DNA of 40,193 nucleotides from Nitrosopumilales archaeon. Its GTDB lineage: Archaea; Thermoproteota; Nitrososphaeria; Nitrososphaerales; Nitrososphaeraceae. The DNA lies in NCBI GenBank assembly GCA_044507735.1, contig JBIQJB010000021.1, forward strand, positions 1 through 40,193, written 5' to 3'. Positions 8,477-17,112 of this stretch are shown in pieces. Numbering within the stretch: position 1 is the stretch's first letter; each line of letters begins with the position of its first letter. The position numbers and the translations under genes are program-made. The notes beneath the pieces are model-generated. The model worked only from the letters and a program-made list of their open reading frames with translations. It had not been told where the DNA came from and ran no database searches.

Positions 8477-9298
8477 ATGGGATTCCAGACAGGCATAGAC
8501 ATTGGAGGCAGGGCTCTTGCAGCAACTTTCCTGCAAGCAAGCGGCATCTATTCCATCTATGAAAGGCGCCTAGAATCCGAGATACTCAAGTCACCCCTGC
8601 CAAACCATATTGCGATTGTGCTTGATGGAAACAGAAGGTGGGCCAAGCTACATCTGCTTGATCCTGCCATCGGTCACAACCACGGGGCGGACAAGGCCGA
8701 AGAGCTGCTAAACTGGATACACGATATTGGCATCAAGATAACCACGCTCTACATCCTTTCAACGGAGAACCTAGAGAGGAAAGACGAGGAGCTTGAAAAC
8801 ATCTACAAGCTATTGGAAATAAAGCTCCAGAGGCTCTACGACGACGAGCGCGTCCACAAGCGCCGGATGAAAATAAAGGCCATAGGCGACAAGAAGCTTC
8901 TGCCACGCAAACTGCAGGAGATTTTAACGATGCTGGAGGAATCGACTGCAGAGTATAACGAAATGTTCCTAAATATTGCGATAGCATACGGCGGCCAGAA
9001 AGAGCTTATCGAAGCAATAAGAAAGATAGCACAGATGGCAAAGGAAGGTAAGATAAATGTGGATGAGATAAATGAAAAGACGATTGAATCGTGCTTGTAT
9101 ACGTCCCACCTGCCTCAACCGTCTCCAGATCTGATACTCAGGACATCCGGAGAAAAGAGGCTGAGCGGATTTTTGATTTGGCAGAGCGCATACTCTGAGC
9201 TGATGTTCATGGATGTATTCTGGCCAGAGTTCCGCAAGATAGATCTAATGAGGGCCATTCGCACGTACCAGCGCAGAGTGCGCAGGTACGGCAAGTAG
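8477..9298 (+). CDS. uppS: cis-polyprenyl (undecaprenyl-type) diphosphate synthase
   Basis: PNHIAIVLDGNRRWA, LSTENLER, AIAYGG, PDLILRTSGEKRLSGFLIWQSAYSEL and C-terminal RRYGK motifs. Confidence 0.95.
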   Translation: MGFQTGIDIGGRALAATFLQASGIYSIYERRLESEILKSPLPNHIAIVLDGNRRWAKLHLLDPAIGHNHGADKAEELLNWIHDIGIKITTLYILSTENLERKDEELENIYKLLEIKLQRLYDDERVHKRRMKIKAIGDKKLLPRKLQEILTMLEESTAEYNEMFLNIAIAYGGQKELIEAIRKIAQMAKEGKINVDEINEKTIESCLYTSHLPQPSPDLILRTSGEKRLSGFLIWQSAYSELMFMDVFWPEFRKIDLMRAIRTYQRRVRRYGK

Positions 9299-9628
9299 CT
9301 TGTTTGCCAGTTTTGACTCGACTGCTTCCATCGCTAAAAGGTAGATCAAAAAATTTCGCCGACGATGGTGGGATATTGTTATTCTCCCAGGGCTTTCCCG
9401 ATCCAGGTACAACACACAGCTCAAAAACCACCAATGATCTGCGCTTGCAGTGAGAGAAAAGCATGACGAGTTATTGAACAGCTGCAAACAATGCTGGAAC
9501 CTTCTCGCCAGAATACGATATGGGAGTTTGGTTCTAGGAAGGTTTTTCTGCACTACGACAACGATATCGATTCGAAAAATATTGTTATGATGAAAAGAGA
9601 AAAAGAGGTTTGGTACCGCAGTTTGCGG

Positions 9629-10456
9629 TTACCAGTCTTTTCTGACGAAGCTGCCGAGTTTGCCTGTTCTCGCAGTTGCCACAATTATTCCGACGATTGC
9701 TACAGCCAGTACGATTGCAGCGATTGCGCCGAACTCTGGAATGATGTGGTCACCTACGATCTCGATTTCGGTCGTGCCTGCTTCAAAGTCGATGTGGAGT
9801 ACGTCCTCTGTTGCGCTATATGCTTCGTAGTCGTATTCTGTAAATATTCCGTCTGCAAATACAACATATTCTTCATTGTTTGCATGGAATATTTCTTCGT
9901 CGAACCTGAGCGACAGAGTTCCTGCCGAGTTCGCAGTTAGCGAAGCAAGCAGTGAGATAGTGTCTACGTCACCAGTTACGCTATCCAGTCTGTTACCGGC
10001 GCCAGTGATCATGTAGTAGATCGTATGCGACTGACCACCAATCATGGCTTGGATCGGTCTCCATTGGGACTGACCTGTTGATGTGAATTGGAACGTTGTC
10101 TCTTCCGAGAGTGAGTTGTATGTTACCAGTACTCTGTACTCGCCGTTAGTGTTCATCAGGCCACCGGCAGTAAATGAATAGCTGTATGATCCATCCGCCG
10201 CAGGTTGAATCTGATCGATTCTGTCGCGGTTGCCCTGCGGGTCAAGAATCTGTATCAATATCGGTTGATTGATCGTTCCCGCCGTCAGTCGACCTGTGAT
10301 CGTGATCGTGTCGCCTGTTTGATAGCTGTCTGCGTCTGTCTCTACAGTCAGCGCCGTTTGTGCATATACTGCACTCATCCCGCTTCCGAGAATCAGCGTG
10401 GAAGCAATGATTGCAAGTAATATGCCCCTAGAGTGTTTGGCCGTTTCTTTTAGCAT
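9629..10456 (-). CDS. PEFG-CTERM cell-surface protein
   Basis: Signal peptide ending VYA-Q and an Ig-like beta-rich body. C-terminal IPEFG is followed by a TM helix and basic residues. Confidence 0.9.
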   Translation of the reverse strand: MLKETAKHSRGILLAIIASTLILGSGMSAVYAQTALTVETDADSYQTGDTITITGRLTAGTINQPILIQILDPQGNRDRIDQIQPAADGSYSYSFTAGGLMNTNGEYRVLVTYNSLSEETTFQFTSTGQSQWRPIQAMIGGQSHTIYYMITGAGNRLDSVTGDVDTISLLASLTANSAGTLSLRFDEEIFHANNEEYVVFADGIFTEYDYEAYSATEDVLHIDFEAGTTEIEIVGDHIIPEFGAIAAIVLAVAIVGIIVATARTGKLGSFVRKDW

Positions 10457-10583
10457 TTCTTCTATAAAAAAGATAACCGTAATTTAAAAGGTTAACTGAA
10501 ATAATGTCCATTTCTTGAGGGTGCAAACAAACCTTTTAAGCATGTTCCAGCATTATGAGAAATTAATTCACCCTCATGTGCGC

Positions 10584-10620
10584 TTGGGCTGCTGGATATG
10601 ACTCGTATCCAGCGGCTCAA
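10584..10620 (+). other. 17-bp intergenic hairpin with three G-U pairs (candidate RNA element)
   Basis: TTGGGCTGCTGGATATG-ACT-CGTATCCAGCGGCTCAA pairs completely if G-U is allowed on the + strand. Confidence 0.45.
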
Positions 10621-10654
10621 CGTGTATTGCCATTATCACTCTTCCATCTCCTTC

Positions 10655-10840
10655 TCAACTTTGCCTTGAGGTGGGGTTATGCGGTCGCGTCCGCAGTATT
10701 TGCCTGCGGCATGGGCATTTTGCCCCAGTCCATTTCAAAAACAGCTCGCATGCATTGCAGCGCTTGTATCCGCTGCTATAGTAGCTGCTGCTCTCCTGCC
10801 TCCCAGCCTTGTATGAAAGGCGGATGTTTCTGTAGGGCAC
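10655..10840 (-). CDS. Small Cys-rich zinc-binding-like protein, possibly degenerate
   Basis: YSSGYKRCNACELFLKWTGAKCPCRRQILRTRP resembles, from memory, a thaumarchaeal small-protein family (KRCxxCE.F..W.G..CPCC...LRTKP). Confidence 0.55.
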   Translation of the reverse strand: MPYRNIRLSYKAGRQESSSYYSSGYKRCNACELFLKWTGAKCPCRRQILRTRPHNPTSRQS

Positions 10841-11166
10841 AAATAACTATTAGCAGATCATATTTCCCCGTTTCTGGTAGAAAATTGTAAAAGATAAAAG
10901 AATGAGAAAGAGATGTGCCGCACCAGACACGGTCGGAAAAGGACAGCGTCATGCTGAGCGTGGCCGCGTAGGCCATTTTTTGTTCACAGCCACCCACTGA
11001 AATTTTTAAAGTTCCACTGCTTCCTTCGAAGGTGAGTTCAATCTAGTTTTGTTCTCTGTCTGGAATTCGCCTTTACTGCAACAAGCTGTGCTCTCCCCCG
11101 CCTCTATAGCTTATAGATGTAGAGCCGTCATCGTCGAATGCAAGACGGTGGACGTTCCAAACAATC

Positions 11167-11478
11167 ATGCCTTGTCAGATCCAGAGCACATCCCAGAATA
11201 GCTGGGCAGAGATAGTTTTCGACTTCAATATGCTGCCGACCAGGCAAAATTGCATTGTGCAAGTCGACACTCAAGAGACACTCGACCGGGACTTCAACCT
11301 GCGTTAGGTGCGTGTCAGCGATTCTCCCTCTATCAATATCAGAACAATCGCAAGCAACTATAACGCCACAAGTTCTATCGTAGTGATCAACGTCGTCTAT
11401 TCCCAGAACAAGCTATTGAGGTCAGCGCTACAATATCATCTATCAAGTACCTCAAACTATCCCTATAGCAGAAAATAG
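11167..11478 (+). pseudogene. Possible interrupted ORF of unknown function
   Basis: 104-codon frame from ATG 11167 to TAG 11476-11478, with one internal TAG at 11305-11307. The sequence reads as beta-rich protein on both sides of the stop. Confidence 0.25.
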
Positions 11479-11653
11479 GAAATCGTTATTGAGAATTCGA
11501 CCAAAGTGTGTCTCTATAGGCGGGATGTTTTAGAATGCCATGCAATTATTACATCATTTTTTAGTAGTAGACAAGATTTTGGTAATATCATCGAGTGAAA
11601 TTGGATGACTCTTGCATCATACTCCATAAAAGATACATAAAAACCAATAGACC

Positions 11654-12142
11654 ATGAGAACTACTCTCTTGGCGGTTCTAGCCATCACGGTATCCGTGGG
11701 CCTTGCCGCAGGGGTTTTTGCAGTCCCCCTAGTGCTGGGCGCCCGTGCGACCGCGACAGATTCGAAGATCAGGGCATTTGATACAATACCTCTTGAAGGA
11801 AAGTCACTCAGATCTGGAGAATTCCTCCTGTTGGTAGATTCTACGCCGGCTTTGATTGAGTCAAGTCACGTAGCATTGAACATACCGTGTGAAGTCGATG
11901 GCGATGATGCAGAATCAGATATTGCAGTTGTGGCTGGAGTTGCGCCGGACTTGTCCGAGGTTGAGCTAGAATATGTTACAGAGTTGTCAGATCCGGACAA
12001 CGACAGGTGCGTCTTCCACGTGGATATCCCTGAGGATGACGAGGACGTGACAGACATTGCCATGATCAATACCGGCGACAATGACATCAGATTTGAGAGC
12101 GGCATGTTTGTATCGACATCAGTGAGCACTTCTGACGATTAA
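11654..12142 (+). CDS. Secreted or membrane-anchored acidic protein
   Basis: N-terminal hydrophobic signal and a very Asp/Glu-rich mature part with DSTP, HVALNIPC, GVAP, CVFHVD and TDIA motifs. Confidence 0.8.
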   Translation: MRTTLLAVLAITVSVGLAAGVFAVPLVLGARATATDSKIRAFDTIPLEGKSLRSGEFLLLVDSTPALIESSHVALNIPCEVDGDDAESDIAVVAGVAPDLSEVELEYVTELSDPDNDRCVFHVDIPEDDEDVTDIAMINTGDNDIRFESGMFVSTSVSTSDD

Positions 12143-12577
12143 TATGCCCAACCCCTTCTTTCTTTTCACCATCAAGTGATTGCTACAGTAGAACGTGCGA
12201 CATCGGAAAGGACCTACAGATTGACAAGGTCTCGTGATGTGAATGTCCCTTAACTCGTGATCATCTGAACTGAGCGGGGTCCACAAGATTCCTACCTGTG
12301 TATAACCAAGTGATTCCAATTTACACCAGCGACGGCAGTGACACCGCACGCAATTTTGATCTCTTTCGACAAGAGCCATGAACGATCGGGACTCGATACC
12401 TGCGCAGGACACGGATAAGGCCGGTTGTTGTCATGCTGGTGAGTCCGAGCAAAATCAGTTCAAATGAGAGGTTAAAGATATTTGAAAAAACATGTACACT
12501 CAGCAATTGAGAAATTTGATTACTAGAGTAATGCAAACATAATAGCGATGTTGTTGTAAATTAACTCAAATTCACAT

Positions 12578-13084
12578 ATGTCATCATATGCCAGAAAGAG
12601 ATTTCCATTAAGGCCGGTAAACATCACGTCAGCAGTTTCGACCTTTATCTTTGCAATGATCTACGGCTTGATAGAACACATGCTTCTTGCAAGTCCTATG
12701 GGTCTGGACGTGTTGACCTACCCCATGAACATACATCTTGCAGGACAGCTTTACTTTTACCACGTCGTAATGCTGGTGATGGCGATTCTAGTTTGCTTCA
12801 ATCCGTTCTTTGACAGGCTGATTTTTAGGACGAGTAGGAGCCTAAGAATGCAGGGGTTGCTATGGGGAACCGGCAACATCCTGAATTTCATATGGCTCGA
12901 AGACATGTTTTACTGGGTCCTGTTCGGCGAGTGGCCCAAAGATGTCATGACCCCATTTCAGGTCTCGTTTTACGGGGTTGTATGGTGGTATCCAGTTGCA
13001 TTTGGCGGAGCTCTGTTCTTATATTTCCTCACTTCACAGAACATAAAGAAAGCGCCTCTCCAAGCAGAGGTGGACAGTTCTTAA
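12578..13084 (+). CDS. Multi-pass membrane protein, hypothetical
   Basis: About four hydrophobic segments and a WLEDMFYW motif. Confidence 0.78.
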   Translation: MSSYARKRFPLRPVNITSAVSTFIFAMIYGLIEHMLLASPMGLDVLTYPMNIHLAGQLYFYHVVMLVMAILVCFNPFFDRLIFRTSRSLRMQGLLWGTGNILNFIWLEDMFYWVLFGEWPKDVMTPFQVSFYGVVWWYPVAFGGALFLYFLTSQNIKKAPLQAEVDSS

Positions 13085-13112
13085 TAATTTTGCATGCGAT
13101 CAATATATCGTA

Positions 13113-14189
13113 CTGATCAAGAGAAAAGGCGCTATCATAGGCATTGTAGTAGTAGTTGCTGCGGTTGCCATCGGCATAGCAACAGCTTTAGTGCTGCAGA
13201 GCAGACCTGCCGAGGAGCCGCCTGATGAGGATGGCGGACCTACCAATGTTGCTGACGGCACGCAGCCTGAAATCGTTAACGTCGAGTCTGCAAGGTCCGC
13301 ATTTCCGTTTGTTCAGCGATGGGTAGCTCAATACAATAACGAGGCAACCTCTGGAAGGATCGAGGTCGGATATTACTTGGACGAGCCCCGACTGACTGGC
13401 GATTTGATAATTGTTGGAAAAATGCACGATTCTACCGAATCGCGCTATATACCTGTAAGCGCCCAAGCTGCAGCCATCGTGTACAATGTGCCCAGCTTCC
13501 CAGACATTCCGTCAGGTCTGAAGCTCAACGCAACATTGCTCAACCAGATATTCAATGGCACAGTGACACGGTGGAACGACCCGGCCATCAGGGATTTGAA
13601 TAAAGGACTGAATCTCCCTTCAGAGAGAATAGTAGTGGTGCGTGAAAGCAGCAACAGCAGCACCCTTGCCCTGATAGAGAATTACATTTCTGAGAATGTC
13701 ACGTGGCGAGCAGATAGCGTTAGAGTTATGGGGCCAGACGAGCTTGCAACCACGGTGAGGACTACACCATACTCAATAGGATACGTCGATTTTTCATATG
13801 CGGTTCAGACTAGAATGACGTTTGCAGCTTTGGAGAATTCGGATGGTGAATTTGTTCTGCCGTCAATGGACTCCATTGACCAAGCAGTAAACAGCTCACT
13901 GACAGTTCAAAACTTTACAAGAACCAACAACCATTCTGATGTGATTTATGCGAACGCCAGCATGATTGGGAACAGTTCGTATCCCATCACAGGACTTTAC
14001 TACGCCAGATTACCTAGCAGCGCATCAAATGCTACAATCGATTTTGTGGAATGGATAGTGGACCGGGACGGCGGGCAGCAGGTCCTCTCACAGGTGCAAT
14101 ACCCTTCAATCTATGAGAACAACAAGCCCCTGACGACCTATGCAAGGTCAGTTATCAATCGCACTGATCTGCAAGAGACCAAAGGTTGA
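13113..14189 (+). CDS. Divergent PstS-like (PBP2) substrate-binding protein
   Basis: AIVYNVP, LKLNATLLNQIFNGTVTRWNDPAIRDLN, YSIGYVD and SYPITG motifs. An in-frame signal anchor lies upstream of GTG 13191, so the start is probably near CTG 13113. Confidence 0.8.
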   Translation: MIKRKGAIIGIVVVVAAVAIGIATALVLQSRPAEEPPDEDGGPTNVADGTQPEIVNVESARSAFPFVQRWVAQYNNEATSGRIEVGYYLDEPRLTGDLIIVGKMHDSTESRYIPVSAQAAAIVYNVPSFPDIPSGLKLNATLLNQIFNGTVTRWNDPAIRDLNKGLNLPSERIVVVRESSNSSTLALIENYISENVTWRADSVRVMGPDELATTVRTTPYSIGYVDFSYAVQTRMTFAALENSDGEFVLPSMDSIDQAVNSSLTVQNFTRTNNHSDVIYANASMIGNSSYPITGLYYARLPSSASNATIDFVEWIVDRDGGQQVLSQVQYPSIYENNKPLTTYARSVINRTDLQETKG

Positions 14190-14474
14190 TCAAGGAATTT
14201 CATGCGGCCTTTTTGGCTTGGAACTTGTGCGTGTTGTGTCCATCGCAGCTAATGCTGAAGAATCTACAGCGTTATAATTTGACGTGCTTGTTTGGCTGTT
14301 CCAGCAGACAGTTGTTGTGACGGTGTGGAGGAGAAGGGGGCCGCCACAGTCAGGACATCACAAGACTCTGGGAATTAGAGGTCGTTACACGGGTGGACTC
14401 ATTTTGCACACAGGCAAAGCTGTTTGCTATTGCATCAATGAAAAGGAGGAGGTAATGGAGATAGTGCGGTAACG

Positions 14475-15770
14475 CTATTGCGTTTCTGATGTAAAAGATT
14501 TGGTCTTTCCTTCTTCTTCACCCAGTTTTTGCACAATGATCCGCACGGGAACATTCTTGTCCGTCTCTTGAACCGTTACCACAACATTGCCGATTGTTAC
14601 CTTGTCGCCTTGCTTTGGTATCCTCTTAAGCTTTTCATGCAAGAGGCCGCTTATTGTGGAGTAGTCCGTCCCCTTTGGCAGACTGACGTTCAGAGCTTCA
14701 TTTACATCATCGATTTCAACGTCTCCGTTCAGGACCACAGTCTGTTTGTCAGTTTTCCTAAACAGCCGCTGCTCGTCCTCTACATCCGTCTCATCCGATA
14801 TTTCGCCGACAAGCTCTTCAATGACATCCTCCAGAGTGACTAGTCCCTCTGTGCTTCCAAATTCGTCGACCACTATTGCCATCTGGATGTGCCTTCCTTG
14901 GAACTCCTTCAAGAGCTTGCTTATCGGCATGTCCTTTGATACAAAGAGGGGTTTTCTCGCCACATCCTTTAGCATCATATAGCTGGTTTTGGTTTCGACC
15001 GCCTTTAGCAGGTCCCGCGTATGGACGATGCCGACAATGTTGTCCTTTGAATCTCCAGTAATCGGGATGCGGGAAAACCCGCTGTTGTTTATTTGGACAA
15101 GCGCATCCCAGATCAAGAGCCTTGCGCTCAGCGTGAACATCCTGTTTCTTGGAGTCATTATGGCCCTTACGCTGGTGTCGTGGAATTCGAGCACGTCCTT
15201 CATCATTTCCCTTTCTTCCTTCATCAGAACCTTCTCCTCGACCCCTATGTCCAATATCGCCCGCACCTCTGCCTCGCTCAGCTTTTTTGGTTTGTCCTCA
15301 ACTTTGACTGCCATGAACATACCCTTTGTCACAAGTTCGAGGAAGATTACAAGCGGGTACAAGATGTATTGTATTGCCAAAAGCACCCGCGCAAACCTAA
15401 GCGATATCGTTTCAGAGTGTGCGTAGCAGTAAGCCTTTGGGGTAATGTCGCCAAACACAAGCAGGATAAAGGTCATCACGCCTGTCGCTATCCCAAGGCC
15501 AAGGCTGCCAAATACTCCGGTGGCAACATCTGTTGCGATAGCCGCCGCGCCAATGTTAACCAGATTGACCCCTAGCAGGATAGTGACTAGCATTCTCCTG
15601 GGGTTTGACTTGAGCTTTGCAAGTGAGGCAGATCCTGACCTCTTTTCGTTGACCAGCCGCCTCAGCTGGCCCCTCTCAAGAGAGATGAGTGCAACTTCAA
15701 GCCCGCTGAAAAATGCGGACAGCCCAACTAGCGCTGCCAGTGCGGGAAGCGCAATCTGTGGCTCTACCAT
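14475..15770 (-). CDS. CNNM/hemolysin-family protein (DUF21-CBS-CBS-CorC), putative Mg2+/Co2+ transporter
   Basis: SAFFSGLEVAL, FGDITPK, IMTPR, FSRIP, VVDEFGSTEGLVTLEDVIEELVGEI motifs and a C-terminal CorC domain. Confidence 0.92.
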   Translation of the reverse strand: MVEPQIALPALAALVGLSAFFSGLEVALISLERGQLRRLVNEKRSGSASLAKLKSNPRRMLVTILLGVNLVNIGAAAIATDVATGVFGSLGLGIATGVMTFILLVFGDITPKAYCYAHSETISLRFARVLLAIQYILYPLVIFLELVTKGMFMAVKVEDKPKKLSEAEVRAILDIGVEEKVLMKEEREMMKDVLEFHDTSVRAIMTPRNRMFTLSARLLIWDALVQINNSGFSRIPITGDSKDNIVGIVHTRDLLKAVETKTSYMMLKDVARKPLFVSKDMPISKLLKEFQGRHIQMAIVVDEFGSTEGLVTLEDVIEELVGEISDETDVEDEQRLFRKTDKQTVVLNGDVEIDDVNEALNVSLPKGTDYSTISGLLHEKLKRIPKQGDKVTIGNVVVTVQETDKNVPVRIIVQKLGEEEGKTKSFTSETQ

Positions 15771-15840
15771 GGTTTAGCCTTAATCAACAATAATACGCAT
15801 TACTGCGTAAAAAAGGTCTGTCTACATACACAATGCCACA

Positions 15841-16626
15841 CTAGTAGATGCCTGCGGGCATCCTACGCTTGTGTTCGCTCTTGTTTATCATTTCTTTGAT
15901 CCGAACTACCTTTTCTTCAGAGATTCCAAGCTTTCTTGCCACAGTTTTTGGATTTTTCTTCATCATCCTTTTGTCTACCAAGAGACGCAATATGGGATCG
16001 ATGGTTTCATAGTCCATGCCCAGCTCCGTCTCAGCAAGGTGATTGGCCCATAGCCGGGGGCTGCTCTTTTTCTCCGCTATTGCTTCTGGAATCATCAGGT
16101 GCTTTGCGAGTGCGCGCACTTCCGTCTTGTAAAGGCCGGCGATAGGAAGCAGGTCTGCCGCGCCGTCTCCGAACTTCGTGAAATAGCCGAGACAGAGTTC
16201 ACTCTTATCAGAAGTGCCCGCAACAAGGTAGTCATTCAACCCTGCATGGTGATAGAGGATGTTCATACGGATCCTCGCCATCAGATTCCCCTTTGCCTTC
16301 TTGTCAGACCAAGGAAGGATCTCTGCATACTTGTGCAAGAGGGAGGTAATGTCTATTAGCAGGTATCTTGCTCCAAGCGACCTGGCCTGCTCTATCGCAT
16401 CCAGTGTATCTCGCTCCGGCGTCACATCGCTTGGCATCACAATGCCAAGCACTCGTCTTGGCCCTAGTGCGTTTACCGCCAGCTTTAGCACGACTGCAGA
16501 GTCAAGGCCGCCGCTCAGCCCTATGACCAAGCCTTTGGCAGAGCTCTTAGAAACATAATCTGAAATAAAGCGCTCTATCCTCTTTGAAGTGCGGGCGAGG
16601 CTGATAGTTGCCGGCGTGCTTCTCAC
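15841..16626 (-). CDS. nadE: NH3-dependent NAD+ synthetase
   Basis: GLSGGLDSAVV, GNLMARIRM, GTSDKSE and GYFTKFGDG motifs. The start is probably GTG 16626, ~26 nt after TTTAATAT on the minus strand; 16653 and 16695 are alternatives. Confidence 0.95.
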   Translation of the reverse strand: MRSTPATISLARTSKRIERFISDYVSKSSAKGLVIGLSGGLDSAVVLKLAVNALGPRRVLGIVMPSDVTPERDTLDAIEQARSLGARYLLIDITSLLHKYAEILPWSDKKAKGNLMARIRMNILYHHAGLNDYLVAGTSDKSELCLGYFTKFGDGAADLLPIAGLYKTEVRALAKHLMIPEAIAEKKSSPRLWANHLAETELGMDYETIDPILRLLVDKRMMKKNPKTVARKLGISEEKVVRIKEMINKSEHKRRMPAGIY

Positions 16627-16899
16627 TCTGCATAGAATCACAATCGGGGTCATATTAAATGCTGCACGCGAGATTGCCTTGCAGGCACAAGTCATCCAAA
16701 TGTTTGCAGCGCAAATGAAATGCCGTCATCATCGTCGTCGTCAGGTATTCCGGGTTCTATGGACAACAATCCCAATATCCATCCAGCGAGGCTGCTTCTG
16801 CTGCTGCTGCCGCAGTGGGGATGAACCAGATTGCAGGACGCTTCTCAGGGTATCGTGCGGTGCAATGCAGAGAGGACAGTCGGTCGCCAGGATGAATAG

Positions 16900-17016
16900 C
16901 TTGAGGTACACACTCATACCGCCGTCTGTATCATGGGTTGCAGCTAAAACGGTCCGGGGCCTCCGTATGATGGCAGTAGACGGAAAACCAGGCGGTGATC
17001 GGGCATGAGCCTCAGG
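16900..17016 (+). ncRNA. Candidate structured non-coding RNA (long rod-like hairpin)
   Basis: Five nested complementary segments with G-U pairs on the + strand, in the nadE/valS intergenic region. No family recognised. Confidence 0.3.
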
Positions 17017-17112
17017 AACTCTCAGAGGTTGAAAGGATGCCATACAGGACACGTGACAGGATAGGCTAAGCATTATTAACGGTAACAAGTCAAGACGAAA
17101 TCGTAAGTAACG

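Noticed and set aside
9207-9553. Minus-strand ORFs between uppS and the PEFG-CTERM gene
   Set aside because: They overlap the end of uppS and show no recognisable motif, so they cannot be supported.
14529-15777. Several + strand ORFs
   Set aside because: All are antisense to the well-supported CNNM/CorC gene.
16589-17088. ORFs 16589..17008 (+) and 16741..17088 (-); also considered as SRP RNA, RNase P RNA or a cobalamin riboswitch
   Set aside because: The translations are not protein-like (CTG-repeat-derived CCCC/QQQQ). SRP helix 8, RNase P P4 and B12-box consensus sequences were not found.
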